Positions 26,376-36,745 of a stretch of DNA of 61,320 nucleotides are shown here, piece after piece. The first letter of the stretch is position 1, and each line of letters starts with the position of its first letter. Under the pieces are notes generated by a model. The model worked only from the letters and a program-made list of their open reading frames with translations. It had not been told where the DNA came from and did not search any database. This stretch comes from Eubacteriales bacterium (GTDB lineage Bacteria; Bacillota; Clostridia; Oscillospirales; QAKW01), in NCBI GenBank assembly GCA_045538295.1, contig JAZSRD010000101.1, forward strand, positions 1 to 61,320, in the 5' to 3' direction. The translations under genes were made by a program, and so were the position numbers.

Positions 26376-27389
26376 TTAACATAATCGATTTTCGATGGAA
26401 AATGCCGAAAGGGCATTCAGATCCAAATCGGCTGTATTTCCCGCCTGAAATTCATAGTAGCCCTGGGCACCAACCATGGCACCGTTATCTCCGCAAAGGG
26501 ATAAAGGAGGCATATACAAAGTTTGATCTGCCGCCTTTCCTGCCATTAGTTTTTCCCGCAGCATGGAATTAGCGCTAACACCCCCGGCAATGACCAATGT
26601 TTTTTGCCCATGCTCCCGGGCACAGCGCAAAAAGTTTTCGGCAAGAATGCCGGTAATAGCATCACTGTAGGAGGCGGCAATATCTGCCACAACAAGTTCC
26701 TCCCCCTTTTGCTTGGCGTTATGCACATAGTTTACAATGGCAGTTTTAACGCCGGAAAAACTAAAATCGTAAGGATCATCTTTAAAATGAACACGGGGGA
26801 ATTTAATGGCATTGGGATTGCCCTCCTTTGCCAACCGATCCATATGCACCCCGCCGGGATAAGGAAGACCCAGCACACGGGCGCCTTTATCAAAGGCCTC
26901 CCCTGCCGCATCATCTTTGGTACGGCCCAAGATCTGATAGTCCGTATAGTCCTTAACCAGCACGATATGGGAATGCCCCCCGCTTACGATCATAGCCAAA
27001 AAGGGCGGCTTCAACTCCGGATATGCCAGATAATTTGCCGCCACATGGGCACGGATATGGTGCACCGGGATCAAGGGCAGATTACGGGCATAAGCATAAC
27101 CCTTGGCAAAATTCAGCCCAACCAGCAATGCGCCGATCAAGCCCGGTGCCGCTGTTACGGCAACACCATCCAACTGATCTTCCGTTAAGCCGCTTTGGCG
27201 AATACATTCCTCGGTGAGCTGGGAGATCTTTTCAATATGATAGCGGGATGCGATCTCCGGCACCACACCGCCATAGACCTTATGCACATCGATCTGTGAG
27301 AACACAACGCTCGACACGATCTCTCTGCCATCCCGTACGATAGCTACTGCGGTTTCATCGCAGGAGCTTTCAAAACTTAAAATATTCAC
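26376..27389 (-). CDS. tsaD: tRNA N6-adenosine threonylcarbamoyltransferase
   Basis: It carries ILSFESSCDETAVAIV, HIRAH and the SGGHSH metal site. Confidence 0.95.
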   Translation of the reverse strand: MNILSFESSCDETAVAIVRDGREIVSSVVFSQIDVHKVYGGVVPEIASRYHIEKISQLTEECIRQSGLTEDQLDGVAVTAAPGLIGALLVGLNFAKGYAYARNLPLIPVHHIRAHVAANYLAYPELKPPFLAMIVSGGHSHIVLVKDYTDYQILGRTKDDAAGEAFDKGARVLGLPYPGGVHMDRLAKEGNPNAIKFPRVHFKDDPYDFSFSGVKTAIVNYVHNAKQKGEELVVADIAASYSDAITGILAENFLRCAREHGQKTLVIAGGVSANSMLREKLMAGKAADQTLYMPPLSLCGDNGAMVGAQGYYEFQAGNTADLDLNALSAFSIENRLC

Positions 27390-27829
27390 GTGGTAACCTC
27401 CAGCATATATACAAGCCCATCTTCCGTGGGTTGCTGATAATAGTTTCGGCGAACGCCAGTTTGGCGAAAGCCATGCTTCTCATACAATTTGATCGCCGAC
27501 AGATTAGAAGCACGGACCTCTAAAAACAGATTGGTGCCGCCCTGCTCCCGAAAGGTATCGATCAATGCTATTAACAGCTCACTGCCGATCCCCCGGCGGC
27601 GATAGGCAGGATCCACCCCTACCGTAAGCACATCCCCCTGCTCATAGCTTTGTTGCAAACCGCAAAATCCAACAAGTGTATCCCTGATATATGCGGCAAA
27701 AAACAAGCGGGCAGGGTCCTTTAAAGAAAGATAAAAATCCTCCTCTGTCCAGCATTCGGCCGAAAACAACTTTTGATCCAGTGCTGCAACGGCAGGGACA
27801 TCGGCAGAGTTCATTTTACTTACAGTCAT
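27386..27829 (-). CDS. rimI: Ribosomal-protein-alanine N-acetyltransferase (GNAT)
   Basis: The GNAT motif RRRGIGSELL is present. It overlaps tsaD by 4 nt. The start is uncertain (ATG at 27829 or 27814), and the longer ORF overlapping polA is unlikely. Confidence 0.8.
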   Translation of the reverse strand: MTVSKMNSADVPAVAALDQKLFSAECWTEEDFYLSLKDPARLFFAAYIRDTLVGFCGLQQSYEQGDVLTVGVDPAYRRRGIGSELLIALIDTFREQGGTNLFLEVRASNLSAIKLYEKHGFRQTGVRRNYYQQPTEDGLVYMLEVTT

Positions 27830-30290
27830 ACCAACTATCTCCCCGTGCCACCTCTGCCAGCATTGCCACCGAAAGATCGGCGGCGCCTTCCATTTCCCGC
27901 CGCAACAGCTCCGCCGCACGGTCAGCATCGGCATGGGAAACCTCAATTAGCAGTTCATCGTGCACTTGCAAGATCAGGTGAGCATCCAAGTTCTCACGGC
28001 GCAGCGCCTGATACACCCGCACCATGGCAATTTTAATAATATCTGCGGCAGTTCCCTGAATAGGCGTGTTCAACGCCACCCGCTCCCCAAAGGAACGCTG
28101 AATAAAATTAGCCGATTTCAACTCCGGCAGATAACGGCGCCTGCCAAAGAGGGTGGTTACAAAGCCATCTTTGCGTGCCTGCTCCACAATATCGGTCATA
28201 TAGGCACGCACCCCGCTGTAACGTTCTAAATATTGGTCGATATAAGCCTTTGCTTCTTTTTTGGTTACCCCGATATCCCCCGCCAAGGAAAAATCGGAAA
28301 TACCGTATACGATACCGAAATTAACTGCTTTTGCATGACGGCGCATTTCCGGTGTCACCATAAAAGCAGGAACATCAAACACCGTGGCGGCGGTAACAGT
28401 ATGAATGTCTTCGTTTTCCCTAAAGGCGCGGATCATGGTTTCATCGCCGGCGATATGCGCCAGCACGCGCAGTTCAATTTGGGAATAATCCGCATCCAGC
28501 AACAGATGATCCTTGTCCTTTGCCACAAACATCCGCCGCAGTTCACGCCCCAAAGTATCCCGCACAGGAATATTTTGCAGGTTGGGCTCCGAGGAGGAAA
28601 TGCGCCCGGTTTGAGTAATGGTTTGATTATAGGTGGTGCGGATCCGCCCATCCGGCTGAATCAGTTTCAAAAGCCCCTCCCCGTAGGTGGAACGGAGTTT
28701 GGCGTATTTACGGTATTCCAAGATCTTTGCCACAATAGGCTCGTCCTTTAATTTTTCCAATACATCTGCGTTAGTGGAATAACCGGTTTTGGTCTTTTTA
28801 CCGCCTTTCAATCCCATTTTGCCAAAAAGGATCTCGCCCAGTTGGCGGGGGGAATTTAAATTAAATTCCTCTCCTGCCAACGCAATGATCTCTTTTTCCA
28901 AAGCGGCAATATGGTCTGCCAAGTTTTCTGTGTAAGCGGCAAGGCGTTCCCTTTCCACCGCAAACCCCCGCTGTTCCATATCGGCCAGTACAACAGTCAA
29001 GGGGAATTCCACTTCAAACAAAAGTTTTTCTTGCCCGTTTTCACGGATCTTTTGCAAGAGCGAATCACAAAGTTCCGGTAAAAATGCCACGCAATCCTCG
29101 GGCGTTTCTGCATTTTTTCCGGTATATTCTTTTAATAAATGGGTGAGATCATACTGATCACCGGGATCTGCCACGTAGGCTGCCACCATGCAGTCAAAAT
29201 AGGGTTCCCCGGCAAAATCCATGCCATAAAAAGGCTTGGCGTCGTAGGTATAAATGCGCTCCACCCGGGAGAGCAACGTATCCCCATCTTCCAAACGGAT
29301 CACTTTTCCCCGGGCATAGGCGTAAAAACAATCGGTTTTGATGAAATACAAGCCATGTTCTTTAAAATATTCCAGATAATCGGCGGCACTGCCATTTAAA
29401 TGCTCCGGCTTTTCCATCCGCTCCGGTTCCTTTAATTCAAATAGTTGGATAATGCTGGTGAGTTCTAAATCTTCCAGTTGAGCAATCAGTGCAGAAACAT
29501 CAAATTCTGCCACCTTCAAAGCATCGGCACACAGGTCGATGGGCACTTCCCGACAGATCTTTGCCAGTTCATAGGAGAGATATGCCGAATCTTTACCGTT
29601 TTCCAACTTAGTACGCAGAGCGGGCTTGATCTCCTCTAAATGATCATAAACCCCTTGCAGGGAGCCATATTGCTGAATCAGGTCCAAAGCGCCCTTTTCG
29701 CCAATACCTGGAACGCCCTTAATATTATCGGAGGTATCCCCCTGAATAGATTTTACATCAATCAGTTGATGGGGTTCCAACCCATACTTTTCCCGCACGG
29801 CATCGGTATCATAGATCTCCATTTCACTGGTACCGGCACGGGTTACGGGCATAAGGATCCGCACACCGGGATCTGCCAACTGTAAATCGTCCCGATCCCC
29901 GGAAACAATATCACATTCATAACCCTGCCGGGTACAAAAACGGCTTACGGTGCCGATAATATCGTCGGCTTCATAACCGGGCTGCTCCAAAATGGTTACA
30001 TTCATGGCGCGAAGCAGGTTTTTCAGCGGTTCCAACTGGGCAGCCAGATCCTCCGGCATGCCCTTACGTTGGGCTTTATACTCCGGATACATTTTGTGGC
30101 GGAAGGTCTTTTCCTTTAAATCAAAGGATACTGCCACCATATCCGGCTTGGAAAGTTCAAAATATTTATGATACAGCTTTAAAAAGCCAAAAATGCCGTT
30201 GGTGGGACGCCCGTCCCGAGTGGAAAGGGCACGAATGGCGTAGTATGCACGATTGAGGATCGAATTTCCGTCAAAGATCAATAGTTTCAT
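27816..30290 (-). CDS. polA: DNA polymerase I
   Basis: The 824-aa protein has an N-terminal 5'-3' exonuclease domain (LLIFDGNSILNRAYYA) and family A polymerase motifs (DYSQIELRVLAH, QVHDELLIEV). Confidence 0.95.
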   Translation of the reverse strand: MKLLIFDGNSILNRAYYAIRALSTRDGRPTNGIFGFLKLYHKYFELSKPDMVAVSFDLKEKTFRHKMYPEYKAQRKGMPEDLAAQLEPLKNLLRAMNVTILEQPGYEADDIIGTVSRFCTRQGYECDIVSGDRDDLQLADPGVRILMPVTRAGTSEMEIYDTDAVREKYGLEPHQLIDVKSIQGDTSDNIKGVPGIGEKGALDLIQQYGSLQGVYDHLEEIKPALRTKLENGKDSAYLSYELAKICREVPIDLCADALKVAEFDVSALIAQLEDLELTSIIQLFELKEPERMEKPEHLNGSAADYLEYFKEHGLYFIKTDCFYAYARGKVIRLEDGDTLLSRVERIYTYDAKPFYGMDFAGEPYFDCMVAAYVADPGDQYDLTHLLKEYTGKNAETPEDCVAFLPELCDSLLQKIRENGQEKLLFEVEFPLTVVLADMEQRGFAVERERLAAYTENLADHIAALEKEIIALAGEEFNLNSPRQLGEILFGKMGLKGGKKTKTGYSTNADVLEKLKDEPIVAKILEYRKYAKLRSTYGEGLLKLIQPDGRIRTTYNQTITQTGRISSSEPNLQNIPVRDTLGRELRRMFVAKDKDHLLLDADYSQIELRVLAHIAGDETMIRAFRENEDIHTVTAATVFDVPAFMVTPEMRRHAKAVNFGIVYGISDFSLAGDIGVTKKEAKAYIDQYLERYSGVRAYMTDIVEQARKDGFVTTLFGRRRYLPELKSANFIQRSFGERVALNTPIQGTAADIIKIAMVRVYQALRRENLDAHLILQVHDELLIEVSHADADRAAELLRREMEGAADLSVAMLAEVARGDSWYDCK

Positions 30291-31203
30291 GGTTTTTTAT
30301 CCCTTTTGCAATTAAATAATCCAACATATCAGCCGGCAACGGACAGCGAAAAAACAGTTTTTCGCCGGTAACCGGCTGGATGAATTCCAATGTTTCGGAA
30401 TGAAGTGCCTGACGACCCAGAGCAGGATCTTCCTGCCCGTAAAGAAAATCACCTGCCACGGGAGCACCAAGATGCGCCATATGCACACGGATCTGGTGGG
30501 TGCGCCCGGTTTCCAACCGCAACCGCACCAAAGTATAGCCGTTGTTTTGCGCCAGCACCTGATAATGGGTCACCGCCCGATCTCCTTTGGGATCTACCTG
30601 CCGTGCCAGCACCGACCCCGGCTTACGAGCGATGGGGGCATCCACGGTGCCGGATTGCTCCGCCAACGTGCCCTGCAAAATCGCAAGATAACTGCGTGCC
30701 ACCCTTTTAGCCTTAAGATCTTCCCCTAATACACCGGCGCTATGAGCGTTTTTGCCCAGCAGAATGGCACCGCTGGTATCTTTATCCAACCGATGAACGG
30801 GGCGAAAAACAAACTCCTTCCCTTGCTGTGCCATATAAAATGCCACGCCGTTGGCAAGAGTGTTTCCGTGGTTTCCCTGGGAGGGGTGTGTGGCCATACG
30901 AGGCGGTTTATTGAGAACCAGCACGTCCTCATCCTCGTAGAGCACCGAAAGAGGCATCTCCACCGGAGGGATATGCTCATTTGCCACCTGGCTCTCCTTA
31001 TTGGCAATACGCACGGTAAGCAGATCACCGGTATGCAGTTGCTTTTGCACGGTCACTCGCTTTTTGCCAATCATAATGCCGTAAGGATTTCGCTTTAAAG
31101 CAGCGAGTACCCGGGAGGAAAAGCCCTTTTCTTTCAAAAAAGAAAGCACGGTACGCCCATGGTCCTGTTGTTCAATTATATAGGTAATCTTTCGATATTC
31201 CAC
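30271..31203 (-). CDS. RluA-family 23S rRNA pseudouridine synthase (RluD-like)
   Basis: It has an S4-like N-terminus, the catalytic HRLDKDTSG and GRTHQIRVH. Confidence 0.9.
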   Translation of the reverse strand: MEYRKITYIIEQQDHGRTVLSFLKEKGFSSRVLAALKRNPYGIMIGKKRVTVQKQLHTGDLLTVRIANKESQVANEHIPPVEMPLSVLYEDEDVLVLNKPPRMATHPSQGNHGNTLANGVAFYMAQQGKEFVFRPVHRLDKDTSGAILLGKNAHSAGVLGEDLKAKRVARSYLAILQGTLAEQSGTVDAPIARKPGSVLARQVDPKGDRAVTHYQVLAQNNGYTLVRLRLETGRTHQIRVHMAHLGAPVAGDFLYGQEDPALGRQALHSETLEFIQPVTGEKLFFRCPLPADMLDYLIAKGIKNHETIDL

Positions 31204-31324
31204 TTTAGCGATCCTTATAATAGTATTATTCTATATTTTAACATAATAAATAGATTTTTACAATCTTTATTTCTCCCTTCATCTTTCGACAGAAAAGAAA
31301 AATACACTGTGTTATACTTGGCTT

Positions 31325-32176
31325 ATGGTCATATATGTAGATATTTTATTTTTTACAAATTTTATGATGGACACTTTGCTCCTTGCCACCGCCGCACTGA
31401 TTGCCGGGCGCAAGATCATTCCATGGCGATTATTTACGGGATCAGCCCTGGGAGCAATTTGCGGTTGCCTGCTTTTCTTTACAACTGTTCCGTTACCTTT
31501 AATGATTCTATTTAAATTGACTGTGCCTGCCGCATTGCTATTGATTGCCTTTCCCTTTGAGCGGTTGAGCACCTACGGAAGAACCCTATTAATCTACATA
31601 GCAGCAACTTTACTATTTGGCGGCGGTATGTATGCCTTTTATGCCTTTACCAATGCCGGAAGCCACATGCGGACTGCCAACGGTGTTTATTACATGGACC
31701 TGCCCCTATGGCTGTTGTTGGTACTGGCTTTTGGTTTTTACGGGCTGGCACGATTGTTTTTTCATTTGCTAAACCGAAACAGGGAAAACTCTTTTTTACA
31801 TACTCTAACTGTAGAAACGCAAGAATTACTGGCACTATTGGATACCGGGAATTCCCTTTACGATCCCATTACTTTATTGCCGGTTATTCTATGTCAATGG
31901 GATTCTTTAGAATTACCGGATGAAGTGATGCGAGCGGTGGTACACCAGGACGCAACCGCCCTTCCCCAATTAACAAAATTATTTCCGGAACTGAAATTAA
32001 GACTTTTGCCCTACACAGATGCCACCGGAGCCCGGTCCTTAATATACGCCTTTCGACCCAAAGTACTGAAGATAGACGGACAGGAACGGGCTGGCTTGGT
32101 GGGTCTAACACTGCAGCCCCTTTCCCCCGACAACCGTTTTCAAGCATTATTACATAGAGATTGGAGCAACTTATGA
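31325..32176 (+). CDS. spoIIGA: Sigma-E processing peptidase SpoIIGA
   Basis: It carries the N-terminal [20 protein letters not shown] and the LLDTGNSL aspartic protease motif. It lies directly upstream of sigE. Confidence 0.9.
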   Translation: MVIYVDILFFTNFMMDTLLLATAALIAGRKIIPWRLFTGSALGAICGCLLFFTTVPLPLMILFKLTVPAALLLIAFPFERLSTYGRTLLIYIAATLLFGGGMYAFYAFTNAGSHMRTANGVYYMDLPLWLLLVLAFGFYGLARLFFHLLNRNRENSFLHTLTVETQELLALLDTGNSLYDPITLLPVILCQWDSLELPDEVMRAVVHQDATALPQLTKLFPELKLRLLPYTDATGARSLIYAFRPKVLKIDGQERAGLVGLTLQPLSPDNRFQALLHRDWSNL

Positions 32177-32889
32177 ACGTTATTCGCTATTATCTGCTTT
32201 ACCACCCTGCACTGGCAAAATTATTACGAAAATTAGCGGGCAAGGTCCATTACGCCAACGGTTATGTTACCCTACCGGCACCCCTTAAGCCCGAAGAAGA
32301 GCAAGCGTACATTCGAGCGCTGGATCAGGGGGAGCAATATGCCGTGCAAAAACTGATCGAACATAATTTAAGGCTGGTAGTCTACATTGCAAAACGGTTT
32401 GAAAACACCGGCATTGCCACCGACGACCTGATCTCCATTGGTTCCATTGGTTTGATCAAAGCCATTAATACCTTTCGTTCCGATAAAAATATTAAGCTTG
32501 CAACCTACGCTTCCCGTTGCATTGAAAACGAAATACTCATGTTTTTGCGAAAAAATCACGGACAAAAGGTGGAAGTTTCATTGGATGAACCCCTCAATAT
32601 TGATTGGGACGGAAATGAGTTATTACTTTCCGACATTTTAGGAACCGATGCAGACAGTGTATCCAAAAACTTAGAAGAGGATATTGAAAAACAAATTCTT
32701 CATGGAGCGCTGGAGCGGATCCCCCTGCGGGAGCGCATGATCATGGAGATGCGGTTTGGCTTGGGCGGCTACCGGGAAATGACCCAAAAAGAGGTGGCAG
32801 ATGTTTTAGGAATCTCCCAATCTTACATTTCCCGGTTGGAGAAAAAAATTATCTCCCGCCTAAAGCGGGAGATCGAAAAATGCTTATAG
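32173..32889 (+). CDS. sigE: Sporulation sigma factor SigE (pro-sigma-E)
   Basis: It has sigma-70 regions 2-4 ([24 protein letters not shown]). The ATG at 32173 overlaps the spoIIGA stop (ATGA), with GGAG 6 nt upstream. Confidence 0.9.
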   Translation: MNVIRYYLLYHPALAKLLRKLAGKVHYANGYVTLPAPLKPEEEQAYIRALDQGEQYAVQKLIEHNLRLVVYIAKRFENTGIATDDLISIGSIGLIKAINTFRSDKNIKLATYASRCIENEILMFLRKNHGQKVEVSLDEPLNIDWDGNELLLSDILGTDADSVSKNLEEDIEKQILHGALERIPLRERMIMEMRFGLGGYREMTQKEVADVLGISQSYISRLEKKIISRLKREIEKCL

Positions 32890-32894
32890 ATAAT

Positions 32895-32927
32895 AAAAAA
32901 CAGATAGGCAAGCCTATCTGTTTTTTA
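32895..32927. terminator. Bidirectional terminator
   Basis: The stem is cagataggc / gcctatctg, flanked by A6 and T6. Confidence 0.8.
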
Positions 32928-32928
32928 T

Positions 32929-34878
32929 TTATAAGCAGGTTTGTTTTTGTTTTTTTGTAAGAAATTGAAGAATCAAAACAACAGCAACCAGACCTACGCC
33001 AATAACATCTGTAACCACGCCCGGATAGATCAGCAACAAACCGCCGATTGCAGAGATCACCCGTTGGTACCAGGGCATATGGTGCAAAAAATACCCCTCC
33101 AACGCCGCAGAAACTGCAAAAATACCCACCAAAGAGGTAACGCAGATCAAAACCACTTCCCATGCGGTGGTATTAATAAAGAGCATAGCCGGATTCAGAG
33201 CAAACACATAGGGAACGATAAATGCACCGATCGCCAATTTTGTGGCGGTAAATGCCGTTTTCATGGGGTTTGCCTGGGCAATCGCCGCGCCGGCATATGC
33301 CGCCAGAGCCACCGGAGGAGTTAGATCGGCAACGATACCGAAATAGAACACAAAGAAATGTGCAGCCAAGGCGGGAACGCCCATTTGAGTGAGAATCGGC
33401 GCACAGGTAGCAGCCATAATGCAATAATTTGCAGTGGTAGGCACGCCCATGCCAAGTACGATACAGCAAAGCATGGTAAGGAACAGCGCAATGATCACCT
33501 GGTTTCCTGCCAAGGCAACAATGCCGTTAATGATAATATTAGCCAAGCCGGTCATGGTAATTACACCGGCAATAATGCCGGCAACGCCGCATGCAGCGGC
33601 AACCGTGATCATGCCCTGACCGCCGGCAGCCAAAGATTCCCAAATACGTTTAGGCGTAATACGGTTTCCCTTATTAAACAAGCTAACCAAAATTGCCACC
33701 ACAATAGCAATGGCAGCAGCGTACTGAATAGAGTTCTGACCGGAGCTGACCAAATAAATGAGCAAGATCAACGGTAGCAGCAGATAAACCTTTTTCAGCA
33801 GAGGTTTAATTTTGGGAAGTTCTTCTTTGGTGAGCCCACGCAGCCCTTCCTTTTTTGCCTCTAAATGCACCGTGATAAAGATGCCGGCAAAATACAGCAC
33901 GGCCGGTAAAATGGCACGCACCACAATATTGCTATAGGGAACACCCAGGTTTGCTGCCATCAGGAAAGCGGCGGCACCCATGATCGGCGGCATGATCTGA
34001 CCGCCGGTGGAAGCAGAAGCCTCAGCGGCAGCGGCAAACTCCGGTTTATAGCCGGTCTTTTTCATCAACGGAATGGTAACAGAGCCGGAACCAACGGTAT
34101 TGGCAACAGAAGAACCGGAAACCATACCCTCCATGGCACTGGCAACCACAGCCTCCTTTGCCGGACCGCCGGAGAACCCCCCTACCACAGCATTGGAGAT
34201 ATTGATAAAAAATTCGGCAATGCCGGTACGCTCCAAAAAGGCACCAAAGATGATAAATACTACGATGAACTTGGAACAAACGTTAACGGGTGTAGAGAAT
34301 ACACCCTCTTTGCCAAAGAACAACTGGGAAACCAGTAAATTCAATCTGCCCTCGAAGCTGGGATTGGTAAGACCCCAGATCAGCGCATATACGATCAAGC
34401 AACCCGCTACGATCAAGATAGGCAAGCCTACACTGCGGCGGCACAGCTCGCATAAAGCCAAGATACCGATAACGCCAATGATGATCTGGTACCAAGTAAT
34501 CAGAGAGCCTTGGCGAATGATGGTATTGGCAAAGACGGTGAAATATAAAAATGCACCGGTACCCAACACCATGGTCACAATATCATACCAAGGAATATGA
34601 TTGGTTTTTTGCTGCCCTTTTTTTGCAGGGAATACTAAAAAACCGATCAAAACAATGAAAGCCATAAAGGATGTAAGGCGAATCTCCTCCAACCAGTTAG
34701 CAATCAAAGTTACATATAAACAGAACACCGAGAAGATCGCCAACACACTGTTCACAATGATCTTGGGAACGCCTTCCCAAACACGGGTATTGGATTCCCG
34801 ATCATATTTTTTCATTACAGATTCCAGATCCATAGGCGCATCTGCCGCCGGAGCTGTTTTCTTTTTAAATAACGCCAT
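32929..34878 (-). CDS. TRAP transporter fused permease (TAXI-type, DctQM-like)
   Basis: This is a large polytopic membrane protein. AAGGAGG lies 5 nt upstream of the ATG at 34878. It sits downstream of a TAXI binding-protein gene. Confidence 0.85.
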   Translation of the reverse strand: MALFKKKTAPAADAPMDLESVMKKYDRESNTRVWEGVPKIIVNSVLAIFSVFCLYVTLIANWLEEIRLTSFMAFIVLIGFLVFPAKKGQQKTNHIPWYDIVTMVLGTGAFLYFTVFANTIIRQGSLITWYQIIIGVIGILALCELCRRSVGLPILIVAGCLIVYALIWGLTNPSFEGRLNLLVSQLFFGKEGVFSTPVNVCSKFIVVFIIFGAFLERTGIAEFFINISNAVVGGFSGGPAKEAVVASAMEGMVSGSSVANTVGSGSVTIPLMKKTGYKPEFAAAAEASASTGGQIMPPIMGAAAFLMAANLGVPYSNIVVRAILPAVLYFAGIFITVHLEAKKEGLRGLTKEELPKIKPLLKKVYLLLPLILLIYLVSSGQNSIQYAAAIAIVVAILVSLFNKGNRITPKRIWESLAAGGQGMITVAAACGVAGIIAGVITMTGLANIIINGIVALAGNQVIIALFLTMLCCIVLGMGVPTTANYCIMAATCAPILTQMGVPALAAHFFVFYFGIVADLTPPVALAAYAGAAIAQANPMKTAFTATKLAIGAFIVPYVFALNPAMLFINTTAWEVVLICVTSLVGIFAVSAALEGYFLHHMPWYQRVISAIGGLLLIYPGVVTDVIGVGLVAVVLILQFLTKKQKQTCL

Positions 34879-34947
34879 GCGTTCCTCCTTATACACTAAA
34901 TGGCTGCGGCGAGTTTTTCGCCGCAGCCCAATATAATGCTTAGCAGA

Positions 34948-35697
34948 TTATTCTACAGGCACCTCAACGCCTTTTTCCTTGAAGTACTTAGCAGCACCTG
35001 CATGGAAAGGAGCAGCCATACCTTCGGTAGCATTCTCAATGCTCAATTCAGCGCCCTTTACATTTTCTTTGGTGATAGCATCAATGTTATCAAAGATAGC
35101 AGCGGTCAGGTTGTAAACATCTTCTTCGGAAGCATTGGCATCCACGATCAAGGTAGCCTTAACGGTTACGGTGGTCACCTCTTCGGTTTGATTCTTATAG
35201 GTGTTTGCGGGAATCTTATAAGGGGTATAGAAAGAATCCTCTGCATCCATCAGTTTAGCAGCAATGTCGCCGTCGATGGGAACCAGGTATGCATCGTTGG
35301 TGGTGCACAGTTCGGTGATTGCAGGGGTGGGAGCGCCGGCTACGATAAAGGCAGCATCGATCTTGCCGTCCTTCAAACCGTCGGTACTGTCGGCAAAGGA
35401 CAGGTACTGGGGCTTAATATCCTTTTCAGAAAGACCGGCAGCCTCTAACACGTCGATAGCGTTAAAGTAAACACCGGAATTGGGAGCGCCGATGGAAACG
35501 GATTTGCCTTTCAGGTCGGCAATCGTTTTAATTTCGGGATCCATGGTAATCAGCTGAATAGCCTCGCCGTACAGACCGGCAACCACACGGAAAGAATCAA
35601 CCTTTCCATCCTCTTCAAAAGAGCGGGTGCCTTCCCAAGCATAAGCCAAAACGTCGGACTGAACGGTGCCCAACTGATAGTTGCCGGCATCAAAACC
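34948..35697 (-). pseudogene. TAXI-family TRAP solute-binding protein gene, 5'-truncated
   Basis: TAXI-like sequence runs only from FDAGNYQLGTVQSDV to the C-terminus. The signal peptide/lipobox and the first roughly 60-70 aa are missing. The ORF-track start is a TTG with no RBS inside AT-rich non-homologous DNA. Confidence 0.6.
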
Positions 35698-35780
35698 CCT
35701 TATTTGGCAAGGTTTTTTTGAAAATAGTGAAATTTTAATCAATTAAATGAAACAATTTGATTATAATCGACATGAAACAT

Positions 35781-35810
35781 CCCCCTTATGCACCATGGCG
35801 CATAAGGGGG
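35781..35810 (-). terminator. Hairpin after the lipoprotein gene
   Basis: The stem is cccccttatgc / gcataaggggg (11 bp) with an 8-nt loop. The U-tract is weak. Confidence 0.5.
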
Positions 35811-35815
35811 GTGTT

Positions 35816-36436
35816 TCAACTATTATTCGCTTTCTTTATAGAATCAATCTTTGATTGAACAGTGGATAAATCGAAAGTATAACTTGAATTATTGGCGATG
35901 AATTGTTCTCCGTCTTTCTCAGAAATTTTTTCAGTTTTATAATATATTCCGGCAGGGGGATAGTATACATAATAATCTTTCGAGGAAATCTCATCATTTT
36001 CATTCATAGGATATGAAAGAATAAGGATAACCTCATCCCCGGTTTGCACTTCTTTTTCTCCATTTGCCACATATTTGGTATCGTCCAAAGTTCCGCCGAG
36101 CATTTCTACTGTTATTTTCTCTCCCGCTTTTTTATCTCCGGAATATACCTCTGAAATTTCAAAAATATGATCTGTTACAACAAGACCATCCCTCTCTTCA
36201 GAAGGCATTAGATCGACCATATTTGCTCGAACAATCAATTCGCTGCTTGCCACAAGCTCCTCAATGGATTTTGGCGGATATTGCATAGAATATTCAGTAA
36301 TATATTTAACATTATCAGAAGTTTCATGCAAGTCCCCCACTTTCGAATTGTCCGTTACATTTGAACATGAAGCCAAAAGGATTGAAGCAACTATCAGCAA
36401 ACACATTATTCTGGCAACAACTCTGATCTTCTTCAT
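35816..36436 (-). CDS. AT-rich hypothetical lipoprotein
   Basis: GGAGGG lies 9 nt upstream of the ATG at 36436. The lipobox is ILLASC. I recognise no family. Its GC is clearly lower than that of its neighbours. Confidence 0.7.
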   Translation of the reverse strand: MKKIRVVARIMCLLIVASILLASCSNVTDNSKVGDLHETSDNVKYITEYSMQYPPKSIEELVASSELIVRANMVDLMPSEERDGLVVTDHIFEISEVYSGDKKAGEKITVEMLGGTLDDTKYVANGEKEVQTGDEVILILSYPMNENDEISSKDYYVYYPPAGIYYKTEKISEKDGEQFIANNSSYTFDLSTVQSKIDSIKKANNS

Positions 36437-36502
36437 ACTCAATTCCCTCCATAAATATTGAAAAAAATTCGCCATTGCCGGTAGACAAAGGCGAATATAA
36501 CT

Positions 36503-36535
36503 GAAAAAAGCACTTGCTACAGCAAGTGCTTTTTC
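36503..36535 (-). terminator. Terminator immediately 3' of tRNA-Val
   Basis: The stem is agcacttgct / agcaagtgct, flanked by A and T runs. Confidence 0.75.
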
Positions 36536-36612
36536 TGGTGGAGATAGTAGGATTCGAACCTACGACCCCTTCGATGTGAACGAAGTGCTCTAACCAGCTG
36601 TGCTATACCTCC
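36536..36612 (-). tRNA. tRNA-Val (anticodon CAC), CCA encoded
   Basis: The reverse complement folds as a cloverleaf. It has acceptor GGAGGTA/TATCTCC, anticodon arm CTTCG-TTCACAT-CGAAG, T arm GTAGG-TTCGAAT-CCTAC and a 3' CCA. The D stem has one A12-A23 mismatch. Confidence 0.85.
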
Positions 36613-36675
36613 GTGTGCGGTATGTATTATAAACCTAAAAAAGACGATTGTCAACCACTTTTTGAAAAAGGGCTA

Positions 36676-36704
36676 TTGACATTATAGTTTAATTTCTTTA
36701 TACT
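36676..36704 (+). promoter_or_regulatory. Putative sigma-A promoter of the zur-znu operon
   Basis: The sequence is TTGACA, 17 nt, then TATACT. Confidence 0.6.
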
Positions 36705-36709
36705 GTAGT

Positions 36710-36732
36710 AAATTGAGAACGGTTCTCAATTT
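36710..36732. promoter_or_regulatory. Fur/Zur-type operator palindrome
   Basis: The perfect 11-1-11 inverted repeat aaattgagaac-g-gttctcaattt lies just downstream of the -10 and upstream of the zur RBS. Confidence 0.65.
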
Positions 36733-36745
36733 TGGAGGTGTAAAG

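Noticed and set aside
31285-31291. TTCGACA (the reverse complement of the Spo0A-box core TGTCGAA) upstream of spoIIGA.
   Set aside because: A single 7-mer match is not sufficient evidence, and the -35/-10 elements of the spoIIG promoter could not be placed convincingly.
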